Below are positions 1-9,428 of a stretch of 64,000 nucleotides of DNA, piece after piece. Origin of the DNA: an uncultured delta proteobacterium. Lineage in GTDB: Bacteria; Desulfobacterota; Binatia; UBA9968. The position numbers were made by a program, and so were the translations under genes. Location: contig CAVTUQ010000003.1 of the NCBI GenBank assembly GCA_963737905.1, positions 1-64,000 of the forward strand. The letters run 5' to 3'. The stretch's first letter is position 1. Every line of letters starts with the position of its first letter. The notes under the pieces were generated by a model. That model saw only the letters and a program-made list of their open reading frames with translations, ran no database searches and was not told the origin of the DNA.

Positions 1-33
1 AGGCCTACGGCCGCTTGTGGAATATCTTCCGTC

Positions 34-933
34 ATGAGCTTCAAATCCAGACCCGTTAGGGAAGGAACTTCCGTGTCAAAAGACACAAGCCAAGAGCATT
101 CAACTATCGGTAGCACCCAGGAGATTGTCGCCCTGAAGAAACAGTCCGGTTTTAACGTGCGCGGTTTCGGGGTCACACTGGTCCGCGCCGGCATCGTCGG
201 CGGATTTCTGCTGCTTTGGCAAATCGCCTCGGGCCGGTGGATAGAACCCTTCCTGATCAGCAGCCCAAGCCGTATTTTCGCGTCTCTTCTAGAGGGTTTT
301 CAAACGGGAGACCTTTGGCAACATTCCTGGGTCACGATTCAAGAGATACTGATTGGGTTTCCCCTAGGTGCCTTGACTGGAATCGCGCTCGGATACGCGT
401 TTGGTCGCAGCCGCCTGCTTGCCGAAATTTTTGAACCGATCATCATCGCGCTCAACGGGATCCCGCGCACGGCCCTCGCGCCCCTCTTTATCGTCTGGTT
501 GGGCATCGGCATTTGGTCCAAAGTGGGCGTCGTGTTTTTGCTGACTTTTTTCTTGAACTTCTTCAACACCTATACGGGTATGCGCCAGATGGATCAGGAG
601 TACATCGACCTCGCCAGGCTCATGCGCGTGCGTGGTTTGAAACTGACTTTTCGAGTCATCCTGCCGGCGATCTCCCCCTATGTTTTCACCGGGATTAGGA
701 CAAGCATTCCTTTCTCGGTCATCGGCGCCATCGTCGGTGAATTTATCGCCGCTACCGAGGGGATTGGTTTTTTTATCCGGCTCTCGGCAGGTATCTTCCG
801 GACTGCAGACGTCTTTGTCGGAATCATCGTTCTCATGATCATCGTGATCATCATGGATAAAATCGCCGGGATGGTAGAAAAGCGAGTTTTAAGTTGGCAG
901 ACTCAAACGGAACATGTACAGGTTCAAGGATAG
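34..933 (+). CDS. ABC transporter permease, NitT/TauT (SsuC/TauC-like) family
   Basis: Hydrophobic helices; 'IPRTALAPLFIVWLGIG', EAA-like loop and 'GAIVGEFIA..GIG' typical of TauC/SsuC. Confidence 0.9.
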   Translation: MSFKSRPVREGTSVSKDTSQEHSTIGSTQEIVALKKQSGFNVRGFGVTLVRAGIVGGFLLLWQIASGRWIEPFLISSPSRIFASLLEGFQTGDLWQHSWVTIQEILIGFPLGALTGIALGYAFGRSRLLAEIFEPIIIALNGIPRTALAPLFIVWLGIGIWSKVGVVFLLTFFLNFFNTYTGMRQMDQEYIDLARLMRVRGLKLTFRVILPAISPYVFTGIRTSIPFSVIGAIVGEFIAATEGIGFFIRLSAGIFRTADVFVGIIVLMIIVIIMDKIAGMVEKRVLSWQTQTEHVQVQG

Positions 934-947
934 AAAGGAGCTTGGAA

Positions 948-2006
948 ATGAAAAAAAGGGGAGGATGTCATCCGATTTTGATAACATGGGTGGTGCTGTT
1001 CTTTTTGGTTGCACTAGTTCCGCAGATCAAGGCGCAGCAGAAGGATATGGCAGACGTGACGATCGCCACGGCTGTTTCCAATATGGCATTTTCCGCCGTG
1101 TGGGTTGCAGAACAGCTCAAATATTTCGAGCAAGAAGGCGTGCGCGCCAAGATCACCAACGCCGGCGGAGGCGCTACCTGCCAAGCCGCGGTGGTAGGAC
1201 GCTCCGTGAACTTCTGCGCCTCGACGTCTGAGGGGCTGGTTTTGGCAAATGTCGAGGGCGCGCCTCTGGTGGGCATACAGGCTCATAACCGCACTCTGAC
1301 ACTCAGCATAGCCGTCAGAAAGGAGATCGTTGATAAACACAACCTCACACGGAAAAGCCCGCTCATCGCGCGGCTCAAATTGCTATCGCAACTTGGACCC
1401 ATCGGTGCAACGAGTCCGGGAGCAGCCTCTGAGCAGATTTTCAAGTTTCTCGTCACGAAAGCCGGTGGGGATCCCCGAAAGCTTAAGTTCGTCTACCTCG
1501 GAGGGCCCCAGTTGCCCTCGTCGCTCATGAATAATGTGATCGATGCTTTCGCACTCTCTCCTCCTGCAGCCGAAGTAACTGAGGCTGCCGGCAAGGGATA
1601 CGTGTTGATCCCGCTCGGTCTGGGCGAAGTCCCGGAATTGACTGATTATCCCTACGAAGTTTTAATGGTTCGACCGGATTACGTTGAAGATAATCGAAAG
1701 ATCGCCACCGCCGTGGCGCGTGCTATTTCACTGGGGGCCGCTCTTTTTCATAGCAATCCTGAAGCAGCGAAATCAGCACTACGGGCGCATCGCTTCTCAA
1801 ACCCAAAAGTATTGGATCAGAAGGTTTTTGATTTGTCTTTTGATACGATCAAGCCTGCCATGCCTCGATGGGGCAATATGACGGCCGAAGGTTGGAAAAA
1901 AGTCATCAACTTCGCTGTCGGCGCAGGGATTGTAAAAGACCCAGCAAAAGCGCCCTCCCCTGATGAAGGTGTCCTGTGGACTAACAAATACGTCGGCAAG
2001 CCGTAA
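948..2006 (+). CDS. ABC transporter substrate-binding protein, NitT/TauT (NMT1/SsuA-like)
   Basis: AGGAG at 936-940 before ATG 948; signal peptide; 'VAEQLKYFEQEGV' and 'WTNKYV' motifs; follows the permease. Confidence 0.85.
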   Translation: MKKRGGCHPILITWVVLFFLVALVPQIKAQQKDMADVTIATAVSNMAFSAVWVAEQLKYFEQEGVRAKITNAGGGATCQAAVVGRSVNFCASTSEGLVLANVEGAPLVGIQAHNRTLTLSIAVRKEIVDKHNLTRKSPLIARLKLLSQLGPIGATSPGAASEQIFKFLVTKAGGDPRKLKFVYLGGPQLPSSLMNNVIDAFALSPPAAEVTEAAGKGYVLIPLGLGEVPELTDYPYEVLMVRPDYVEDNRKIATAVARAISLGAALFHSNPEAAKSALRAHRFSNPKVLDQKVFDLSFDTIKPAMPRWGNMTAEGWKKVINFAVGAGIVKDPAKAPSPDEGVLWTNKYVGKP

Positions 2007-2087
2007 CCGCGGCACAGACGCCGGGTGGCGCCTGTCTGGAAGGTTCGCACGCGTGGTTAATCCGTTTTTTGAATAGGCGGTACAGCA

Positions 2088-3452
2088 TTACTGTCTTCCA
2101 ATGGCATTCACCAACTGAGCCAGCGATAACTTGTATGCAACCAAGGAGTTCACATAGTTAGTCTGTGCAGTGGTATACGTCGTCTGAGCGTCCGTAACTT
2201 CAACTAAGGGAGCAAAACCGACCTCGTAGCGCCCTTGATGGAGATCGAGATTTTCCTTCGCGGCGTTCACGGCTGCCTCATTGGCTTTGACAACTTCTTG
2301 CGCTGCTCCGAGATTGAGATAGTTTTGTTGGACCTGTAAGGCGACTTGTTGTCTCTCCACCCGCTCCTATTCCTTGATCGAGTAATAGTTATACAGCGCT
2401 TGTTGCACTTGATAGGTAGTTTGGAAGCCATTAAAGATCGGGATGTTTACATTGAGTTGCACCTGCCAACTGGGCTGGAGAGGGAATAGGTTAGAGGCAA
2501 CGTCATTGCCTTGCCGGCCATAACTCGATGTAAAAAGAAAATCCGGCAGGTAATTGCGCCGGGCTACAGCGATCAGTTGGTCCTGCGCCTTGAGCTGGGC
2601 GTCGAATTGAAGAAGCTCTGGCCGCGAGGAAAAGGCGGTTTTTTTGGCTTCGTCGAGCGACATGGGAAACGGCGCGACCGAAAGACCTTCCGCCAAAGGC
2701 TGCCTAGGATAGTCGTCCACCCCCATCGCGTTGATGAGGTTAGCCCAGGCAACGTCCACACCGTTTCGAGCGACAATGAGATTCGCCTGAGCGAGATAGA
2801 GATTTGCCTGTGCTTGGGTAAGATCGCTCTTGGGTCTCGTTCCAACGTCATAGAAACCTTGAGCCTGGCGCAGCGTGACTTCACGGCTTTTGACTGTATC
2901 TTCGTTGACCCTTAAGAGCGCGTCGGCCTGAAGCACCCCATAATACGCTTGCTTGACCGCCAAAACGATATTGTTGGCGGTGGTATTGTAGGCGTACTGA
3001 GTCGCGTCAAGCGTGTCGCGTGCCGATTGCACCAGCCCTTCGCGCTTGCCAAAATTATACAAGGTCATACTCACATTGGCCGCACTGGAGACACTATCAA
3101 ACGCTCTCGAAGCGGTGGCAGAGGTACCACTCACCGTATTGCTGGTGCGGTAACTGTTGATGAAATTGACGGTCGGGTAGTAGGCAGCCATTTGCTGGTG
3201 TACTACCGCATCCTGTGCGGTGATCTGAAATTGCGCGGATTTGACACTGGAATGATTTTCAAGAGCGATATGCACGACTTCATCCAGCGTGAGAGGTTTC
3301 CCCGGTTGAGCCGCTGGCGGAGCGCTTACGGGTCCTTGAGCGGGGGCTCCGGGGCTATCAGCGGGCTTCGCCGTCATGGGAAAACAGAACAAGAGAACTG
3401 CTAAAAAGCACAACCGCTGCAGCCGCAGCCCAGCTTTTTGGAATTGTTTCAT
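2088..3452 (-). CDS. TolC-family outer membrane efflux protein, interrupted by an in-frame TAG at 2367-2369
   Basis: ORFs 2367-3479 and 2088-2360 are in the same frame (..IKE*ERVERQQ..); OEP repeats 'LTLDEVVHIALENH', 'YEVGFAPLVEVTDAQ'; AGGAG before ATG 3452. Confidence 0.85.
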
Positions 3453-3551
3453 GTCACTCCTCCTAGTTGAGTCTCTCAAGAACGGTATGACTCTGTAACG
3501 CTATCGAAAAACAAAAACCAACCTGTTTGTAATAGAGTCCAAAGATTAACG

Positions 3552-3636
3552 TCACCGCGGAGGCACGGAGGGCGCGGAAGAAAATTCTTGATTTAGAAAT
3601 ACTCCGATTTCTGTGAACTCTGGGTCTCTGCGGTGA
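3552..3636. repeat. 9-mer periodic intergenic hairpin (TCACCGCGGAGGCACGGAG...CTCTGGGTCTCTGCGGTGA)
   Basis: Imperfect inverted repeat; related copies at 42380-42467, 49350-49488 and 59769-59830. Confidence 0.75.
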
Positions 3637-3730
3637 AGTAAGGCTTGCTGTTTTGGTCGCGGCTAGGTTCCAGATCCCAACAATTTTAGTCTCTTTATGT
3701 GGAATCCGCCATCGCAAAGCGCGTGGGCGC

Positions 3731-4405
3731 TTATCGATATCCCATGGCCGCTAAGAACTGCTTGAGGGAATGAAACTGGAAGTAAGGATTGCTCCGTTTC
3801 TGTTCGCCCATCGTGGAGGTCGTTCGGTCGGAATAGTTATGGCCGGGAAAGAGAATCGTGTCGTCCGGCAACGCTTTCAGTTTCTGCGTCAAGCTGTAAT
3901 ACATCTGCTCCGGATTGCTCCCGGGTAAGTCGACTCGCCCGCAAGAGCCAATAAAAAGAGTGTCACCGGAAACGATTCTATTGCCGACTAGGAAACATTG
4001 CGATCCCGGGGTATGGCCGGGCGTGTGCAGTAATTGAATCTCGAGACCGCCGACGTCGATCTTGTCGCCGCTTTCCGCCTTGATGATATCGGACAGCGAT
4101 AGCGCCTTGAGAAACTCCGCCTCCGCTTTGTGCACCACGATCTTTGCTTTGCACTTGGCGAGTAGCTCCGTCACGCCCTCGATTTCGATGCCCGCAAACC
4201 GTCCGCCCACATGATCCGGGTGCGTGTGCGTTACGAACGCGTGGGTGATCTCCATGTCATCTTGAGCGGCGACCTGGAGAATTCTGTCAATTTCCCAGGC
4301 GGCGTCGACCACTGCAACCTTGCGGGTTTCTATCGAGCCGATCAGATAGACAAAGTTTTGCATCGGCCCCATTTCGATCTGTTTGAAGTAGAGATTATTG
4401 TCCAT
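3731..4405 (-). CDS. MBL-fold metallo-hydrolase (glyoxalase II / persulfide dioxygenase-like)
   Basis: THTHPDH, HTPGHTPG, GDTLF..CGR.D and PGH motifs. Confidence 0.9.
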   Translation of the reverse strand: MDNNLYFKQIEMGPMQNFVYLIGSIETRKVAVVDAAWEIDRILQVAAQDDMEITHAFVTHTHPDHVGGRFAGIEIEGVTELLAKCKAKIVVHKAEAEFLKALSLSDIIKAESGDKIDVGGLEIQLLHTPGHTPGSQCFLVGNRIVSGDTLFIGSCGRVDLPGSNPEQMYYSLTQKLKALPDDTILFPGHNYSDRTTSTMGEQKRSNPYFQFHSLKQFLAAMGYR

Positions 4406-4483
4406 TCCCAGAGCCTGGACTCAGTCAGACGGCAAAAATGAGAAGCCGGCAAGAAACAGAGGCGATCTTCTATCAGCCATTCG

Positions 4484-4927
4484 CTATTTGCCGGCCTTCG
4501 TTGCCAAGGACTCGTAACTCACGCCTTCGCCGTTATCCTCACCGACGGGCAGATTCAAGCTCGACCAGCCCGGTGCGATCACATGGCCCATCGGATCGCG
4601 CATACCGCCGAAACCGCCGAGCATATTTGAGACGTCTTGATAACCCGCCTGTTGGAGTAGTCCCGCCGCTGCATTCGACCGTGGTCCGGCTTGACAACCG
4701 ACGATGATCTTTTTTTCCTTGGGAAAATTGCTTTCCACGACCTTCACAAAGTCCGCATTCATAACCATGCCCCGTGCCGGATCGGGAAACGCGACGGGAA
4801 TATTCACCGCGCCCTGAGGATGCCCGGCCGCAAACTCCCGCTCGGTGCGGACGTCAATATAGACGGCGCTGGCTTCATTTTGCAGTACGTCATAGGCCTG
4901 CTGTGGTGTGATTTCTTTAATGGTCAT
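4484..4927 (-). CDS. Rhodanese-like domain protein
   Basis: IDVRTEREF..GH..GAVNIP; active-site CQAGPRS; LGGF. Confidence 0.9.
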   Translation of the reverse strand: MTIKEITPQQAYDVLQNEASAVYIDVRTEREFAAGHPQGAVNIPVAFPDPARGMVMNADFVKVVESNFPKEKKIIVGCQAGPRSNAAAGLLQQAGYQDVSNMLGGFGGMRDPMGHVIAPGWSSLNLPVGEDNGEGVSYESLATKAGK

Positions 4928-4937
4928 CAGTTCTCCC

Positions 4938-5000
4938 GTTTCGAGTTTCGTGTTCCGGGTTTCGGGTTAACTTGAAACTCCAAACTCAAAACCCGAAACT
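4938..5000. repeat. Heptamer tandem-repeat hairpin (GTTTCGR)n / (AACYYRA)n
   Basis: GTTTCGA GTTTCGT GTTCCGG GTTTCGG then AACTTGA AACTCCA AACTCAA AACCCGA. Confidence 0.8.
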
Positions 5001-5014
5001 GCGCGCTTCGCGCG

Positions 5015-5785
5015 CTACATCCCCATGATATTGTAACCTGCGTCCACATGCATCACCTCGCCGGTAACAGCACTGCCCCAATCGCTGCACAGATAAAGCG
5101 CGGTTTTGCCCACTTCCTCGGCATCGATATTTCTTTTGAGCGGTGCCCGTTCGCTGACGTAATGGAGCATATCTTTGAAACCGGCAATCCCTGCCGCCGC
5201 CAGAGTCCTGATGGGTCCAGCGGATATCGCGTTGACGCGAATACCCTTGGGTCCCAGATCATGAGCGAGATAGCGTACGCTCGCTTCCAGTGCCGCTTTG
5301 GCAACGCCCATGACATTGTAATTGGGAACGACTTTTTCCGCTCCCATGTAGGTCATGGTGAGGATCGACGCCTTCCGTCCCTCCATGAGTGGTGCCGCAT
5401 AGCGTGCGAGCGCGACAAACGAATAGGCGCTCACATCCATAGCTAAGTGAAAGCCCTGCCGGCTCGTTTGGAAATAGGGATTGGATAGATCTTCTTTATT
5501 CGCAAAGGCAATGGCATGAATCAAAATGTCCAGCGAACCCCACTCCTGCTTCAGCGTAGCGAAGACCTTTTCAATCTCTTCGTCTTTGGTCACATCACAA
5601 GGGAGAATTATTTTTGCTCCGATGCCTTCAGCCAGGGGCCTGACCCGCTTTTCCAAAACTTCTCCAGCGTAGGTGAACGCCAGTTCTGCGCCTTCCGCGT
5701 GAAATGCCTCCGAAATCGCCCAGGCGATGCTCCGATCATTGGCAACTCCAAAAATAACCGCCTTCTTCCCTTCCAAAAGCCCCAT
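5015..5785 (-). CDS. fabI: Enoyl-ACP reductase FabI
   Basis: [35 protein letters not shown]. Confidence 0.97.
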   Translation of the reverse strand: MGLLEGKKAVIFGVANDRSIAWAISEAFHAEGAELAFTYAGEVLEKRVRPLAEGIGAKIILPCDVTKDEEIEKVFATLKQEWGSLDILIHAIAFANKEDLSNPYFQTSRQGFHLAMDVSAYSFVALARYAAPLMEGRKASILTMTYMGAEKVVPNYNVMGVAKAALEASVRYLAHDLGPKGIRVNAISAGPIRTLAAAGIAGFKDMLHYVSERAPLKRNIDAEEVGKTALYLCSDWGSAVTGEVMHVDAGYNIMGM

Positions 5786-5799
5786 TTTGCCTCCCGAAC

Positions 5800-5894
5800 C
5801 AGAAATCAGAGGACGGACGTCAGAAGTCAGGAAGAGGGCGCCGAGTTTTGATCTCGGACTTCTGACTTCCGGTCTCTGACCTCTGACTTCTAAC
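5800..5894. repeat. Heptamer hairpin (CAGAAGT)n / (ACTTCTG)n
   Basis: CAGAAAT CAGAGGA CGGACGT CAGAAGT ... ACTTCTG ACTTCCG GTCTCTG ACCTCTG ACTTCTA; same family at 23251-23338. Confidence 0.8.
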
Positions 5895-6496
5895 TACTTC
5901 TTCTTCTCCGCCAGTCCCCGCTGCCAAAGATATTCTGCTTCACCGGTCTGCTTGCTGATCCAGCGCGACAACACAAAAAAAAGATCGCCAAGCCGATTGA
6001 CATATTTTAGCGGCCATTCGCTCATCTCCTCAGCACGCGACAACCGAAGAATTTCCCGCTCTGCTCTCCGGCAAACCGTGCGGCATTGATGCAAATAGGC
6101 GCCGATTCTGCCTCCGCCGGGAAGGATGAATGACTTGAGCGGCTCCAGCTCTTTCTGACACTCATCCATGAGTTGCTCGAGCTTTTTCACCTCGTGCTCA
6201 CCGACCCGGTACATACCCTCTTTGAAAAAATCTGGTGGCGTTGCCAGCTCACTCCCTAAGTCGAATAGTTCGTCCTGAACTTGGCGTAATACCAAGTCCA
6301 AGAATTTATGGGCCTCGCCTTCCTCAAGTTTTTCCTCGTTGAATGCCCGGGCCAGCCCGACGATGGAGTTTAACTCGTCGATGGTGCCATAGGCCTCGAT
6401 ACGTAGCGAGTCCTTAGGAATGCGCCTGCCACCGACCAGGGCGGTCTCGCCCTTGTCTCCGGTGCGCGTGTAAACGCGCGTAATTCTAATAGCCAT
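5894..6496 (-). CDS. pduO: ATP:cob(I)alamin adenosyltransferase, PduO type
   Basis: VYTRTGDKGET, AYGTIDELNS, FILPGG, RTVCRRAER, YVNRLGDLFF. Confidence 0.93.
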   Translation of the reverse strand: MAIRITRVYTRTGDKGETALVGGRRIPKDSLRIEAYGTIDELNSIVGLARAFNEEKLEEGEAHKFLDLVLRQVQDELFDLGSELATPPDFFKEGMYRVGEHEVKKLEQLMDECQKELEPLKSFILPGGGRIGAYLHQCRTVCRRAEREILRLSRAEEMSEWPLKYVNRLGDLFFVLSRWISKQTGEAEYLWQRGLAEKKK

Positions 6497-6530
6497 CGAA
6501 CCCTTTACCCCAATTCGCGCAATTCACTCG

Positions 6531-7883
6531 TTATTGCCGGGTTTCCCATGAGCCCTGTGAGTTCCGTCGTCTGGCGACAAGCAGCACGGGGCCGCCCAGG
6601 AGCAACGCGGAAACGCCCACCAGCGCGCCGATACCCGTATAGGCCAAGCTCGAATGCAACATAAACACGCAAAATGCGCAGAAAAGCAATGGAATCAGTG
6701 GATAAAGCGGTACCGTAAAAGGGCGCTGAGTTGTCGGATCCTGAGTGCGCAAAACGAAGAGAGACAGCCCCGTCAAGAGAAAAAAGAACCAGAACACCGG
6801 TGCCGTGTAGTCCACCATCGTCTCAAAACCGCGCCTCGTCCAAGTGCCTAGCGCGATCAGTAATAGCACGATGATCCCCTGCACCAACAGCGCGTTGGCC
6901 GGTGTATTGGCCCCAGAGTGCCAACGCCCTAGAAACCCAAGAAGAGAGAAGTCCTTGCCCAAGGCATAACTGGTTCGGGCGCCGGTGAATATTGTGGCAT
7001 TAGTGGAGCCCAATGCCGCAACAGACACTAGGGCGCTTATAAATATCGCCCCAGGAGTTCCTAACGTCTGCCGCATGAGATCCGCGGCCACAACTTCCGA
7101 CCGCGCCATTGTCGCAAGCCCCAACCCGCGAAGGTAGGTCAAGTTGATCAGAACGTAAATCGTAGTGATAGCCCCGATGCTCCAGAGTAAGGCCCGCGCC
7201 ATGTTGCGCCGTCCCTCGCGGACCTCGGAGGAGATGTACGCGGCCTCGTTCCAACCACCATACGTCAGCAAGACCAAGATCATCGCGAGCCCAAAAGCCG
7301 GCGGGGACGATGCGGGCGCCGACGGCTGTGGTGGTGGCGCCCCGAGGACGACACCGACGATAAACATTACGGTCAACCCCAAGATCTTGATGCTGACGAG
7401 GAGGTTTTGCGTCCGGCTACCCTGTTTCACGCCCATGACATTGAGCGTGGTAAGCACGCAAACCGCAAGAGCAGCATAGACCGCCGGCGACCAGGGTCCG
7501 CCCAGCGGCAAGATTCGCGTGGCATAGTCGCCGAAAACAAAAGATAGTAACGCAATGGAGCCGCTTTGGATAACAACCAGACGAGCCCAGGCGAACAGGA
7601 AGGCGACATCTGTCCCGAAGGCCCGACTTAAGTAATGATAGTCACCGCCTGCATGGGGATACGTCGTCGCCAGCTCCGCATAGCATAAGGCGCCCATCAA
7701 CGATACCAGCCCACCTAGCACCCATGCCAGCAAGAACGTCGCTTCGTTGGCAACATTAGCCGCGACAATGGACGGCGTTCGGAAAATGCCGACGCCTACC
7801 ACGACCCCGACGATGATCGCGCATGCATCGAGGACCGATAAGCTCGGCCGGGGTGTTGCCAATGTCTCATTAGAGCCGTCCAT
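6531..7883 (-). CDS. APC-family amino acid permease (LAT-like)
   Basis: GVVVGVGIF, YAELATTYPHAGG, YGGWN; about 12 TM helices. Confidence 0.92.
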   Translation of the reverse strand: MDGSNETLATPRPSLSVLDACAIIVGVVVGVGIFRTPSIVAANVANEATFLLAWVLGGLVSLMGALCYAELATTYPHAGGDYHYLSRAFGTDVAFLFAWARLVVIQSGSIALLSFVFGDYATRILPLGGPWSPAVYAALAVCVLTTLNVMGVKQGSRTQNLLVSIKILGLTVMFIVGVVLGAPPPQPSAPASSPPAFGLAMILVLLTYGGWNEAAYISSEVREGRRNMARALLWSIGAITTIYVLINLTYLRGLGLATMARSEVVAADLMRQTLGTPGAIFISALVSVAALGSTNATIFTGARTSYALGKDFSLLGFLGRWHSGANTPANALLVQGIIVLLLIALGTWTRRGFETMVDYTAPVFWFFFLLTGLSLFVLRTQDPTTQRPFTVPLYPLIPLLFCAFCVFMLHSSLAYTGIGALVGVSALLLGGPVLLVARRRNSQGSWETRQ

Positions 7884-8011
7884 TATCTTCCTCCATTTGG
7901 TGGAGGAAGAGTTTCGGTTTCGGCGAAGATGCCGATGCCGATCATGTCGCCGGAAATCAGCATGATTCTGTCGAACAAACCTATTTGTCGTTTAAGCTCC
8001 TGTTGTGCCAT
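7883..8011 (-). CDS. 42-aa leader/remnant ORF resembling an APC permease N-terminus
   Basis: Hand translation MAQQELKRQIGLFDRIMLISGDMIGIGIFAETETLPPPNGGR*; TAA overlaps the permease ATG (TAATG). Confidence 0.55.
   Translation of the reverse strand: MAQQELKRQIGLFDRIMLISGDMIGIGIFAETETLPPPNGGR
7886..7910 (-). promoter_or_regulatory. Perfect 10-bp hairpin sequestering the permease SD
   Basis: Minus strand TCTTCCTCCA-CCAAA-TGGAGGAAGA immediately before TA-ATG. Confidence 0.6.
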
Positions 8012-8312
8012 GGCGACTACCATTACAGGGAAATCGACAGACAGGCAACTTATTTAGGTCATTCCTACACAGAATTTCGTGCGCTACGAATAGTATGATA
8101 GTTTGCATGTGGGGATTCGATGTCGAATCCTCTTCCAGGCTTTTTTTCACTGCCGAAGAACCGAAGTCTGTCTGCAAAAGCACCAGCATTAACCCGTTAG
8201 GGTCAACCAAAATTCCCCCGAATGGGGATTGACACCACTAGCACCACCGAGAGTAGAATCGGGGCCAATGATCCTCGGTCTCGTCACGAAAAAACAAAAT
8301 GGAGGTGCAGTC

Positions 8313-8861
8313 ATGAAAAAGAGTTTGCTCGTATCTATTCTGGTCGTTTTCATAGGAGGATTTTTTGCTTCGTCGCTAGTAGCCGACAATAATCACGATC
8401 GTAAACATGATGACACCTTGGTGAAATTCAAGGGAGGAATCGGTGCCATCCCGATCTCGAACGTGGCCGTGGATGCGACCACAGGCGCTGTTACTGTCAC
8501 CCGAAACATGGTCCGCGGGGTCAATTCTCCCGGTCAGATCTGGAGGATCAGGGACCTGCATGCCAAGATAAAAATCAACGGGGACATCATGGTCGAAGGA
8601 AAGGGGTTGGTGTTGGCCGGGGGCAATAGTATCGGAAGGGCAACGGGACAGAGCGTGTTTGCTACGCTGTTTTGTGGAGCCACGACCATCACTGAGCACA
8701 GTACCACTGTTGCCGGTGTCCTCCTTGCGGCCGACGGCGACTTCAAAATCAACGACGTGCTTGTGCCGATACCACCAGCTGACTGCGAGAGTCCTGTGCT
8801 CCTCATCCGCACCGCGGGCAGCGGAAATTGGTTTGCCGCCGGCATTCCCGATCTGGATTAG
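8313..8861 (+). CDS. Secreted hypothetical protein
   Basis: GGAGG at 8301-8305; signal peptide MKKSLLVSILVVFIGGFFASSLVA; Gly-rich beta-type sequence with two Cys. Confidence 0.75.
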   Translation: MKKSLLVSILVVFIGGFFASSLVADNNHDRKHDDTLVKFKGGIGAIPISNVAVDATTGAVTVTRNMVRGVNSPGQIWRIRDLHAKIKINGDIMVEGKGLVLAGGNSIGRATGQSVFATLFCGATTITEHSTTVAGVLLAADGDFKINDVLVPIPPADCESPVLLIRTAGSGNWFAAGIPDLD

Positions 8862-8911
8862 TCGCGATCGGCATTAGTCTCTCGCTGCCAGCTCACGCTT
8901 TTCAACTCGCG

Positions 8912-9030
8912 TTAGCTGGCAGCTAATCCGTACAATCTTTTCGGATTGGCCCACAGAAATCTTTGCGCTCGACAAAACCGCGCACTTCTTCAACGAAGTG
9001 ATGATGGCGTTGCATACCAATCCGTGATAG
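8912..9030 (-). pseudogene. 3' remnant of an amidohydrolase_2-like gene
   Basis: Reads ..HFVEEVRGFVERKD / FLWANPKRLYGL* across a frameshift; typical amidohydrolase C-terminal motif. Confidence 0.35.
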
Positions 9031-9037
9031 GGGGGCC

Positions 9038-9389
9038 TTGACTTTGGCTGGCGAGGCACGGTTGGCCGTCACGATCTATGCGTACAACCTGATACCAACC
9101 TTTATGTACCCACTGACCCTGGCGCGCAACGCTCCCCATCCCTACCCTGCCGCTTTGTTTTATGACTTTCTTCTGTCGGAGCAAGGTCAACAACTCATTG
9201 CCAAGGAAGGGCGCGTCGTAGCCCATCCAAGGGCGGATCCTATCTATCCGCGCATGAAGGAACTCCAGGGTTTGTTGGGAACTTCCCGGGTTCAGCTCAA
9301 TACCGTGGAAACAAAACCACAAACTTTATAAAGACGGACTGCAGATTCTCGACGAGATTGTCTTGAAACGAAAAACATCCAGTTTGTAA
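9038..9389 (+). pseudogene. 3' fragment of an ABC solute-binding protein (Fe/thiamine-type)
   Basis: APHPYPAALFYDFLLSEQGQQLIAKEGR; no N-terminus; frameshift near 9329 continues YKDGLQILDEIVLK. Confidence 0.7.
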
Positions 9390-9428
9390 CCGTTCCACCA
9401 GAAACCGTCGTCCACGAACGGAGGAAAA

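Noticed and set aside
2367-2369. Pyrrolysine or genome-wide TAG recoding
   Set aside because: Single case in a non-enzymatic protein; TAG terminates other genes normally; no pyl genes in the window
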